Source: Candidatus Bathyarchaeota archaeon | GTDB taxonomy: Archaea; Thermoproteota; Bathyarchaeia; Bathyarchaeales; DTEX01 | Length of the DNA stretch: 64,000 nucleotides | Direction of reading: 5' to 3' | NCBI GenBank assembly: GCA_963714275.1 | Contig: CAVQNT010000002.1 | Coordinates: 800,001 to 864,000, forward strand | Shown: positions 36,080 to 44,868 of the stretch, one piece after another | Position numbering within the stretch: the stretch's first letter is position 1 | Layout of the letters: each line of letters begins with the position of its first letter | Position numbers and translations under genes: made by a program | Notes under the pieces: model-generated | Database searches by the model: none | Told to the model about the DNA's origin: nothing | Seen by the model: the letters and a program-made list of their open reading frames with translations, nothing else

Positions 36080-37318
36080 TTAGTCCACCAACCTAGCTGC
36101 GTCCTTGCATAAGAGGAAGATTGCTGCCGCCATAGGCAACTCGACCTTTTGTTTTTCGTATCCGCCAAACCATTCATCCCCAATCCTGAACTTGTGGGTT
36201 TTCTCTACATATATTGTGGCTTCTCCCCTTTTGAATGCAACTGCACTTTTGAGCGGATCAAAAGAGTCGATGTTTGATGTCGGAAACGAAACTTTAAGCC
36301 ACCCCGTTTTTCCGTGAAGGCTGTTGAGCAGACGGATCAGCCTGTGAATGTCGGTTGTAACCATCGTGTCAATTTTTACGGATTGCCCTTCAACTGCGTG
36401 GTTGATGAACAGCTTCAGTTCCTCCTTGCCCACGCCTTTTATTATCCGCCAAGGTCCATTCTTCTCCCAACTTTTCAGGACGACCTGCTTGTTTGAAAAA
36501 AGGTCATTTGCCCTTTTCTCTTTCAATCCAAGGCTCACTAGTTCTTTCACGGTCGCAGTTTTCAAGAACTCGTATGCGCCTTTCGCGATTCTGCCTTGCC
36601 ATCCAAAATCGCTTAGGGCAGAACTGACTGTTTTTGCTGGTGCACGGGAAACAACCTCGACAAGGCTGAACAGAGACATATTTAGTCCAACTCCTGTGAT
36701 GTAGTCGACGATTTCTTTTCGGGCGCCCGCATCCAGCTCTCGGATAACGGCGTTTACGACATGAACGTGGTAGCCTCGGTGTCCGCTGAAGGAAACTTCC
36801 ACTTCTTCTGTGGAAAATCCGAATTCGGTTGTTAACATGTCAACAAGCTTGATTGTCTCTTTTTTTGCTGAGCCTAGGCATTCGTCGCATGGCCAGATTT
36901 TTTCGTCGAACCTTCTGCTTCCGCAGGCTGGGCAAACGTCGGGTTGGCCTTTGCCGCTGAATCCGCAGTCTTTGCAAGTCCATGAGTCGTGGGTTTCTTT
37001 GCATTTCGTAGCGATGTGGTCTGCGTCGATGTCGAAGTACAGGTCAGCGCCTAGCCAACCCTTGTTTTCCATCCTTTCTTCGGGCGTCTCGTAGTAGGCT
37101 GTTGAGTGGTACGCGTGGGCTGGAACGACCTCTTTCACATATGCCCTGAGCGCATCCGAGTTCGTGAAGCCTTTGTGCCTGACCATTATGTTTTCTTTGA
37201 AAATCATGAACCCGAATTCTCTTTGTTTGATTGATGGTGGCGCCTCGATTTTTACTGCGTTTTCTTCGTAGAACTCGGCGAATTTTTGGCGAATAAAAGT
37301 TTGAGAGTCCATTTTCAC
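36080..37318 (-). CDS. priS: DNA primase small (catalytic) subunit
   Basis: REFGF, GADLYFDIDADH, FSGHRGYHVH, IDTMVTTDIHRLIRL..SLHGKTG. Confidence 0.95.
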   Translation of the reverse strand: MKMDSQTFIRQKFAEFYEENAVKIEAPPSIKQREFGFMIFKENIMVRHKGFTNSDALRAYVKEVVPAHAYHSTAYYETPEERMENKGWLGADLYFDIDADHIATKCKETHDSWTCKDCGFSGKGQPDVCPACGSRRFDEKIWPCDECLGSAKKETIKLVDMLTTEFGFSTEEVEVSFSGHRGYHVHVVNAVIRELDAGARKEIVDYITGVGLNMSLFSLVEVVSRAPAKTVSSALSDFGWQGRIAKGAYEFLKTATVKELVSLGLKEKRANDLFSNKQVVLKSWEKNGPWRIIKGVGKEELKLFINHAVEGQSVKIDTMVTTDIHRLIRLLNSLHGKTGWLKVSFPTSNIDSFDPLKSAVAFKRGEATIYVEKTHKFRIGDEWFGGYEKQKVELPMAAAIFLLCKDAARLVD

Positions 37319-37335
37319 TGCTAGTTAGCGGAGAC

Positions 37336-38370
37336 TTACTTCTTAAGCGTTCTCGTCTTTCGCGCGTAGTACCTAAGGGGGCTTCGGATAGTTTTGCACA
37401 CCTCATCAGGACCGGGGCACAGGGCGTGTGTCTTCAGGGTGTCGCATGTCGGCGACCTGTATTTGGTTCGGGAGCCCCTGTCTCCTGCTATGTGTTCAAC
37501 TTGGTACCTCGTCATTCTCTCGTTGAAGTCTGCTGAGGCGCGGAAAAGGTTCACGACTTCCTCAGGTTTCATGTTCACGTTTATTAGAAAAGAGGTCAAT
37601 GTGAAACGGCCAAGGTGAGAAATGTGGGTTCCAGTTTTTGCGGAGCCATAGAATATTTGGATGCACGGCGGAAAGGCTTCGTTTGTGACCTCTTTGGGAA
37701 ACATTGTGAGCCGAGCTTTTTCCATGCGGTCAGCGTATTTTAGGCTTAGATTGTCGATGCGTTGAAGAATCGGTTCGGGAAGCATGGACCTCACATTTAT
37801 GCTGAGCCGTTTTTCGATGCGTTTCCTGATTTCCTCTTGGAGAAGCCGTGCTGCCTCGCGTTTGTTGAGGTAAACCTCGCTGTTCACGAGGGTTCGGTTG
37901 ACAAGCTTCCATTCGTCTTCATGAAAAACCTCGGCGTTACGCAGGAAATCCGTGAAAAAAAGGGCGAAGTCGAACCTTCTGTAGCCAACAGGCTGGATGG
38001 GACTTCTTATTTTCCAGTTGAAAACTTTTGCGACCTCAATTATTTTTTCTTTGTCTTCTTCTTGCAGAAGCTCGTACGCCCGTCTTGCTTCAGCAAGAGC
38101 ATAACGTCTTTTGATGTAATCGTTGTTCGAAGCTGCCACCAGAATGATAGCCACGGGGAAAGACGGAATCTCTATGCCTTCTTCTCGCGGAAGGTAACTG
38201 ACCTGTGGCGGACTAGTTTTTAGAGCTTCGTCTATTCGGTTCTGGGCTCTGTCAACAATCGGTTTTAGGCTTGGGTTTTCAAGGTTCGTAACGTCCAAGT
38301 CTAACCGTTTAACTTCTTCAGCTGCGTCCAGAACGAACGGGTACTTAGCCAACTCGATTCTTGGTGCCAA
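37336..38370 (-). CDS. priL: DNA primase large subunit
   Basis: LAKYPF, WKLVNR, FPPCI, H.GRF, TRYQVEHI, PTC...C...C Fe-S cysteines. Confidence 0.95.
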   Translation of the reverse strand: MAPRIELAKYPFVLDAAEEVKRLDLDVTNLENPSLKPIVDRAQNRIDEALKTSPPQVSYLPREEGIEIPSFPVAIILVAASNNDYIKRRYALAEARRAYELLQEEDKEKIIEVAKVFNWKIRSPIQPVGYRRFDFALFFTDFLRNAEVFHEDEWKLVNRTLVNSEVYLNKREAARLLQEEIRKRIEKRLSINVRSMLPEPILQRIDNLSLKYADRMEKARLTMFPKEVTNEAFPPCIQIFYGSAKTGTHISHLGRFTLTSFLINVNMKPEEVVNLFRASADFNERMTRYQVEHIAGDRGSRTKYRSPTCDTLKTHALCPGPDEVCKTIRSPLRYYARKTRTLKK

Positions 38371-38416
38371 TCTTACCTTCCTTTACAAATCCTTCGTAAA
38401 TTGGAATGTGACCTTA

Positions 38417-39172
38417 CTATTCGACTTCTATTCTGGGCGCCAAGTAATAGACTAACGTGCCATCGTAGGTTTGTTTGAAGTCGAGGCGGATGGGCATGTC
38501 GTTCGAGAACTCGAGCGTCACAATGTCGGAGGTGGCAACCGCTGCCTTAACAATCTCCGAAAGGTAGCTCAAAGGAAATGTTGACTTCGAAGGTTCCGTT
38601 ACCTCAACAGACAACAGCGCGTCGCTGCCTTTTTTGAGTTCTATGCTTGCTCCCATGATGTCTCCTTTGGCGTTCATCGCCATGTTTTCGCCGTCGGTTT
38701 CCACGCGGACGTGGTCGCTTACTAGCGCAACGTCTTCGAGCGATTGGCGAAGCCCGTCTGTCGTTAAAGTAATCTTCGAGTTGAATGTGATTTTTGGTAA
38801 TCCCTGCTCTTCTTCGGTTGCCTCTAGCGTTGGCATCCTGAATGTGCGGATGTATTTTCCTTTAACCGTCATCACGAATTGTCCTGTGGTTTCGTCCAGA
38901 TAGAGCTCGACGGCTTCGTCTTTTCCTGCCCTTTTGAGGAGCTTCAGCAGCTCGCCCAAGTTCAGGCAAATTTTGGTTTCCTGGTCCGAAACATACTCGT
39001 CGAAGGCTGTTTTCTGCATAGTAAAGTCGACCATGGCTACGCGTGAAGGGTCCATGGCTCTGAGTTTGATTCCTTCTGTGCCTACGACGAACGTGCCTTC
39101 GTCAATAAGTGTCGAGATAGCTGTGACCGCGTCTCTCAGAAGCTTCGCGTCAGACATCCTAATTTTGAACAT
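38417..39172 (-). CDS. pcn: PCNA sliding clamp
   Basis: AMDPSRVAMV, YLAPRIE. Confidence 0.97.
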   Translation of the reverse strand: MFKIRMSDAKLLRDAVTAISTLIDEGTFVVGTEGIKLRAMDPSRVAMVDFTMQKTAFDEYVSDQETKICLNLGELLKLLKRAGKDEAVELYLDETTGQFVMTVKGKYIRTFRMPTLEATEEEQGLPKITFNSKITLTTDGLRQSLEDVALVSDHVRVETDGENMAMNAKGDIMGASIELKKGSDALLSVEVTEPSKSTFPLSYLSEIVKAAVATSDIVTLEFSNDMPIRLDFKQTYDGTLVYYLAPRIEVE

Positions 39173-39290
39173 GACCTATTCACCGTTCGATAATTGTGTG
39201 TGTTTCTATAATTCAATGCACCTAGATTACTTAAATGTTTTAGACAAACCACAATTTAAACAATTTTGTATTGCTGGTTCAGTTTGAATC

Positions 39291-39401
39291 TTAACTAGCG
39301 ATTATTGATTTAATTATTAAACTATGTTTATGAGTATTCTCTGAATGTGTAGTTGCATTTTGTTTTGGCTCATTAGTATTAGCTTCTGGAATACTTGACA
39401 T
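39291..39401 (-). CDS. int(N): N-terminal fragment of the partitioned integrase
   Basis: ATG at 39401 after purine-rich GGGGAAAAAGAGAGA; MSSIPEANTNEPK-QNATTHSENTHK reads through att in the same frame as int(C). Confidence 0.75.
   Translation of the reverse strand: MSSIPEANTNEPKQNATTHSENTHKHSLIIKSIIAS
39326..39363 (-). repeat. att site distal to tfs (copy of the tfs 3' end)
   Basis: GTTTATGAGTATTCTCTGAATGTGTAGTTGCATTTTGT, identical to 41833-41870. Confidence 0.95.
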
Positions 39402-39561
39402 TCTCTCTTTTTCCCCTTTTTAGCGTGTATATCTCTATCAAACTCCTTTAAATATGTAGCATCGTGTGAGCTGACTTTACTCTAAGCTTTGATTCTAAGA
39501 GTAGAATTTCTGCAAGTCTCTAAGAGTAGAGGCTCTAACTCTAACTAGTGAAGTTAGCTAG

Positions 39562-39819
39562 TTAGTCTCTCATTACTTTTTCTCCACTTTTAAAGGAAAT
39601 AATTGTTGAATCGTCCTCCCAATCTATGTTTCTTTCTCCCATTAATGCAACTCTTACAATAAAGCCCGGAGGTAAAGGCATATGTTCAAAATAAATTAAA
39701 TCGAATCCTTCCTTTCTAAGTCTAGGCATCAATTGATTTGATATATATAGAGAAACAAGTCTTTCGGTTATTCGAGCTTTCCAATTATTTAGTTCGGAAG
39801 GACGAAACGAATATTTCAT
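39562..39819 (-). CDS. Element-borne hypothetical protein, possibly truncated
   Basis: 85-aa ORF with GGGGAG upstream inside the low-GC element. Confidence 0.5.
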   Translation of the reverse strand: MKYSFRPSELNNWKARITERLVSLYISNQLMPRLRKEGFDLIYFEHMPLPPGFIVRVALMGERNIDWEDDSTIISFKSGEKVMRD

Positions 39820-40000
39820 TTCTTCTCCCTTATTGTTTATATAGAAATCACTATAAAAATTTTAGTGGCTAGCTAGCTTGATATCAAGCGGGACAGAAAG
39901 GGCTTTTACCTTCCACAAAAGGCAGTATATGGAAAGAAAACACCGAAAAAGTATTAGACATTTTTATGTCTCGTTCAGTATAGCTGAATTACTCACCACT

Positions 40001-40699
40001 CTAGCTAGTCCATTCTAGTGTTAAATTCCATCCTGTTAAAGCAGGTCCATCAAAGTAAACTTTTGAATCTACACTTATCCAAGATTCTCCGTTTATTGTG
40101 CCTAATGTTATGTATGTATCGTTTGCCACAACTCCACCACTTTGATAGAGTATTACATGAATCTTAGAATTATAAGCAGTATTTGTTCCGACATTGCAGA
40201 CGTATCCATAGACTTTAAGATACAGTTTGTCCCAAAACGGTCCATTGTCATCACCCTTCAAATTCACACCAATAAGTTTTGGTGTTATTAAAGTATTAAT
40301 TTGATTCTGCAAGTTTGTAATTTGAGTAGTCAATAAAGAGACTTGTGTATTTAGATCGGATATTTGGTTCTGTAGATTTGTTATTTGCGAATTCAATTGA
40401 TTATTCTGATCCGTGAGTACCAATATTTGCGAATTCAGTGAATCAATTTGAGTATTATAATATGTAATGTTTTCATCAAGCCATGTTTGTAAATAGCTTA
40501 GTAGAGTTTCATTCCGATCCAGCCAACTTTGTAGTTGATTCTTTTGGTTAGTAAGAATTTGAATTTGAAAATCTATACTTTGAATGTAACTATCTTTTCT
40601 GTTCACTGCTACTGCCATTCCTAATAAACCGACTGCTAAAATTATGCACAGTATTACTAGCCCGACGACTTTTCTACTTACAACGTTCTTTTCACTCAT
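40001..40699 (-). CDS. Element cargo: membrane-anchored coiled-coil protein with a C-terminal beta-sandwich-like domain
   Basis: N-terminal TM, heptad repeats (LNSQI, ITNLQNQI), C-terminal VYGYVCNVG; GGGGG upstream. Confidence 0.7.
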   Translation of the reverse strand: MSEKNVVSRKVVGLVILCIILAVGLLGMAVAVNRKDSYIQSIDFQIQILTNQKNQLQSWLDRNETLLSYLQTWLDENITYYNTQIDSLNSQILVLTDQNNQLNSQITNLQNQISDLNTQVSLLTTQITNLQNQINTLITPKLIGVNLKGDDNGPFWDKLYLKVYGYVCNVGTNTAYNSKIHVILYQSGGVVANDTYITLGTINGESWISVDSKVYFDGPALTGWNLTLEWTS

Positions 40700-41152
40700 T
40701 TTATTCCCCCCTTTATATTCGTTATAAAATAAACTCGTATGGCAAAGTGAATAGACCGATTACTATATCTTTTGTTGAAAAGGACATAAATAAAAATTTG
40801 TATTAACAAAGAAGTGTTTTGTGAAAAACTAATACTAATCAGAAAACTGGACTACCAGACAGTAGTGACTAGCATTGAAGCTCAGCTACATGATATGTAC
40901 TCTTCATGCACACAGTTCTCTATGAAGAAAAAATTCTAAGAGTAGAATTAAGTCCTAAGAGCTAGCAAGTCTCTAGAACCTGAGAAGCTAGCTGACTTGA
41001 CCCAAGGTCTAAGAATTTAATTCTATGCATTGAAAAATCATAGTTCAATAGCAACTAAACTGGCTCGTACCTTGTTAACAGCTTCTTTATCTACACCAAT
41101 TTTTTCAAGCAGTTTGAGCACATTTTTACTGTCTGTTATCTTGCTTGCTGAG

Positions 41153-41870
41153 CTAGTACAGCATTGAAGCATAGTAGTGTCTTAAGTCGTAGAGTCTTAT
41201 TCTCTTAAGCTCTGAGTCATGCATCTTCTTAGCTAAGCTAGTTCTCAGTCTTTCAAAGGTGTTGCTGATTGTGGAAGACTTTAGGAAGATTCTGTCGTTT
41301 AAGTTGAAGCTGTGTCTCTTTACATGCTCAACTAACATACATTGAGTGTGAGGTTTTAGCTTTAATATTCTAGGGTTGCCGTACTTTGCTGAGTATACTG
41401 AGACTGTTCCTTTCTCTAAGTCAATGTCTCTGAGTGTGAGGTTTGCTACTTCTATTGGTCTGAGTCCACATTCTTTGATGATTGAATAGATTAGTGCATA
41501 CTTTCTTGAAGCATGTCCAAGCATAAGGTTTACTTTCTCTTCTTTTGGGACTACAAGAATCTTGTGGTCTCTTCTGTACTTTGGCTTATTCCAAGCTAAA
41601 CCATTGTACTTGACATAGTGCTGATAGAAGTCGCATAAGTTTCCTTTGTAGCTACTTGCCCATTTTCCTCTAGCTATGAATATTGAGACATCGCTTGAAT
41701 TATCCAAGTTCATTCTATTAGCTAAGAACATTAATGCCCTTAGCATTGTCTCAAGGTAGGCTTTGGAGTATCCTAGTTTCTCTAGCTCAAAACAGACTTT
41801 GATTATTTTGCCCTTAGATTCGAATGCACATAGTTTATGAGTATTCTCTGAATGTGTAGTTGCATTTTGT
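41153..41870 (-). pseudogene. int(C): tyrosine recombinase, truncated before the LGH motif and catalytic Tyr
   Basis: CGLRPIEV (box I Arg), SAKYG (Lys), RLYDLRHYYAS (box II), then stop; no LGH...Y in any downstream frame. Confidence 0.85.
41833..41870 (-). repeat. att site within the tfs 3' end
   Basis: Encodes TKCNYTFREYS* of TFS; identical to 39326-39363. Confidence 0.95.
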
Positions 41871-42173
41871 GCATCTGAAGAATTGGGTTGAGGATTCGTC
41901 TGCTCCCCTTGTTTGTACTTGCCAGACGTATGCGGCGTTGTTTCCGCATTTTGGGCATTCAATCGTGGTCGTTGGAAGCGTCTGAAGCTTCTGTTCCTTC
42001 TTGCCGATGACTACTAGATGGTCTCGAGGCTTGGGAGCTGCAACCTTCTGCGTGCAAACGTCAGATTCCACTGACTTCCTATAACTGCATTTAGGACAGA
42101 CAAGATAACAGCCTTTCCCGTCCTTTTTCCGTTTAGCCACGAGACGGGTCTCGCACTTTGGACAAAATTCCAT
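41835..42173 (-). CDS. tfs: Transcription factor S (TFS)
   Basis: MEFCPKC...CPKC; CPKCGN...QTRGADESSTQFFRCTKC with the catalytic DE pair. Confidence 0.95.
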   Translation of the reverse strand: MEFCPKCETRLVAKRKKDGKGCYLVCPKCSYRKSVESDVCTQKVAAPKPRDHLVVIGKKEQKLQTLPTTTIECPKCGNNAAYVWQVQTRGADESSTQFFRCTKCNYTFREYS

Positions 42174-42475
42174 TGAAGCCCCCCAAGTAACAGTTAGCCA
42201 AATTTTGTCTATAACGGTTCTTTTAAACTTTTCTGAACCAACACAACATCGCGGTTGTCTACAGCCTAAGCCAAAACAATGTAACCCAACTGTAAATACT
42301 CAATAGTTTAGACGAAGGAAGCTTTAAAAAAATAGTGACTTAGCTTAGCCTCCTACCAGACATAATACAGTCACTAAAAAATAAACTAGCAGGACTGCCT
42401 GACCGAACCTTCGTCTATTCGGGGCACGGAGAAACAACAACAATCGGGAAAGAAAAAATTACGAATCCTTTTCTT

Positions 42476-43867
42476 CTAGCCTAAACGAAGGACCTTTCCT
42501 GGATTAAGAATGTTGTTCGGGTCGAAAAGCTTCTTGATCTCCTTCATGAGGTTGAACTCCTTCTCACCTGTTGTCAAAGCCAACTGTTCGGTTCTGATCG
42601 CGCCTATTCCGTGCTCGCCTGTGACGACGCCTCCCATACTGACTCCAGCGTCATAAATTTCGCCTTTAACCTTTGCCACGTAGTCCGAAGCCTTGCCTTT
42701 CTCCCTCATCACGTGAACATGCAGGTTCCCGTCGCCAGCGTGCCCATAAACAGGCAGGTGAACGCCATATTTCGTGGCAATCTCGTCAACAATGTCCATC
42801 AGGTCCCCAAGCCTGCTCGGAGGCACAGTCACGTCTAGAATGTCAACCAGCTGAGGCTTAAGGGTCGTGTAAATGTTGCTTCTAATCTTAAGAATTCTAT
42901 CTTGCTCTTCCCTGGTTTCGGCGAGAACAGGCTCCCCAACATTGCCTTCTTCACATGAAGATGAAACCTTTTCGCAGGCATGAAGCAGCTCCTCTTCGCT
43001 TTCCCCCGTGAGTATGATTATGAGCTGCGCTTTGCCTTTTTGAACTGGCCATTTCTCGTTCAGGTGCTCAGCGGACCTGTTGATCTCGGCTGGCTCCACA
43101 TATTCGATGGCAAGCGGAAACACGCCTGAAAGCAGAACCTTCTGGACAGCCCGCAACGCATCGTGGCGACTGTTGAAGGGCACGATCACCGTTGCACCGT
43201 ATTCGCTTTTTGGATGAAGCTTAATCGTGGCTTTAGTTACCACGCACAATGTCCCTTCGCTCCCAATAACAAGATGCAGGAGACTGTAGCCAGCGTTGTC
43301 CTTGATTAGTTTGCCCCCCAAGCATAGCACCTCGCCTGTTGGCAGAACAGCTTCAACGCCCTTCACGTAGTTCCGCATCACCCCATACTTCACCGCCCTC
43401 ACCCCGCCAGCGTTCGTGGCAATCAACCCGCCGACCTGCGCACCTTCGTCTCCCGGATGGGGAGGAAAAAACAAACCAGCTTCACCAGCAGCCTTGAACA
43501 AGTCGCCCAGCGTAGCCCCAGCATCAGCGACCACCATCAAGTTTTCCCTGTCAATTTCCAATTTATTCATTCTTTCCAGAGACAAGATTATGCCGGGTTC
43601 AGTTGGCACCGATCCGCCAACAAGCCCAGTTCGTCCGCCAACAGGAAAAACGGGAACCCTTTTTGCATTCGCAACCTTTAGGACCTGCGACACCTCGATG
43701 GTTGATGCGGGCTTCACCAGAACTAGGTTACTCGCAGCCAAGGGTCGAACAGGTTCAGGCGTTTCGTCCCTGAGGTAGCTTTCCATGTACTCGCGTTCAG
43801 TGACAACCCATTCTTTCCCGACAGCCACTGTCAACTCTTTTTTGAGGTCTTTTTCACTTACGTTCAT
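42476..43867 (-). CDS. FAD-linked oxidoreductase (GlcD/LctD-like D-lactate dehydrogenase)
   Basis: GGRTGLVGG, ATNAGG, GSEGTL, GHAGDGNLH, GEHGIG, FDPNNILNPGK. Confidence 0.88.
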   Translation of the reverse strand: MNVSEKDLKKELTVAVGKEWVVTEREYMESYLRDETPEPVRPLAASNLVLVKPASTIEVSQVLKVANAKRVPVFPVGGRTGLVGGSVPTEPGIILSLERMNKLEIDRENLMVVADAGATLGDLFKAAGEAGLFFPPHPGDEGAQVGGLIATNAGGVRAVKYGVMRNYVKGVEAVLPTGEVLCLGGKLIKDNAGYSLLHLVIGSEGTLCVVTKATIKLHPKSEYGATVIVPFNSRHDALRAVQKVLLSGVFPLAIEYVEPAEINRSAEHLNEKWPVQKGKAQLIIILTGESEEELLHACEKVSSSCEEGNVGEPVLAETREEQDRILKIRSNIYTTLKPQLVDILDVTVPPSRLGDLMDIVDEIATKYGVHLPVYGHAGDGNLHVHVMREKGKASDYVAKVKGEIYDAGVSMGGVVTGEHGIGAIRTEQLALTTGEKEFNLMKEIKKLFDPNNILNPGKVLRLG

Positions 43868-44865
43868 CCTGCATTCTCCTCTCCTTTATAGATTTTAGTT
43901 CCCGAATTAATAATGGAATAACCTCATAAATGTCGCCTACGACGCCGTAGTCTGCAACGTTAAAAATCGGAGCCGAAGGGTCCTTGTTTATGGCGATAAT
44001 CGTGTCCGAGTCCCTCATCCCGAACAAGTGCTGAGGAGAACCCGAAACTCCACAAGCAACGTAGACCCTCGGCTTAACCGTGTGCCCGCTGAACCCAACC
44101 TGGTGGTCTCTGCTTATCCAGCCAGCGTCAACGAGGGGTCTGCTTGAACCGACAACTCCACCTAAAACTTGCGCTAATTCGCGGAGAAGAGCGAAATCTT
44201 CTGGGCTTTTCAAGCCTCTTCCGCCTGAAACGATGACTTCCGCCTCGGCAAGGTTAACCTCGTCTGCCCCTGTCTTCTTGAGTATCCGCATCCCTGTGTC
44301 ATCTACGATTTCAGCATCCCTCACTGTCACTGCGCCTTTCCTGTTCGGGTCCTTCAGGTTGGCTTTCATGACTTTATACCGAACCGTCGTCATCTGAGGT
44401 CTCGTTTTGGTCTTTATCTGTGCCATGATGTTGCCGCTGAAGGCAGGACGGACCTGAACCAAGTTTCCTCCTTCATCCAAGTCCAAGTCGACACAGTCAG
44501 TCTGTAAGCCCCGTTCTCAAGGCAGCAGCAATCCTCGGCGCCAAGCTTCTTCCAAGGCGGGTCGCACCCAACAAAAAGATGTCTGGTTTCGTTTCCTCAA
44601 CAAGCCTGACAATGTTGCGCGAATACTGAATCATGTCGAACTCCGCAAGAAACGGATGGTTAAAAACATAAACCGTGTCAGCACCGTAATGGACAAGATC
44701 AACAGCCTTGTCCCGAATACCATGCCCCAACAGAACAGCTGACAGTTCCACAGCTAACCTATCAGCAAGCCATCTTCCCTTCCCAAGCAGCTCGTAAGTC
44801 ACAGGATGAACTACGTTGTCGTTTTGTTCAGCGAAAACCAGAATGTTGCCTGAGACTGACACCAT
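43854..44865 (-). CDS. etfA: Electron transfer flavoprotein alpha subunit; frameshift near 44500
   Basis: GLT(A)DC, RPAFSGN, VSGGRG, QVGFSG, GVSGSPQH, AINKDPSAPIF. Confidence 0.92.
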
Positions 44866-44868
44866 CGT

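Larger units (their letters stand above)
39326..41870 (-). mobile_element. Degenerate integrative element inserted in the 3' end of tfs, with an SSV-type partitioned tyrosine integrase
   Basis: Perfect 38-bp direct repeats at 39326-39363 and 41833-41870; low GC; integrase adjacent to one repeat; separates tfs from pcn. Confidence 0.9.

Noticed and set aside
41153-41155. Amber read-through (pyrrolysine) at the integrase TAG
   Set aside because: The in-frame continuation (LSKQDNRQ*) is short and lacks recombinase motifs; no pyl genes are in the window.
41871-41962. Integrase starting at TTG 41962 inside tfs, as in the ORF track
   Set aside because: This is host tfs sequence outside att read in another frame; the ATG at 39401 explains the N-terminus better, although read-in expression is not excluded.
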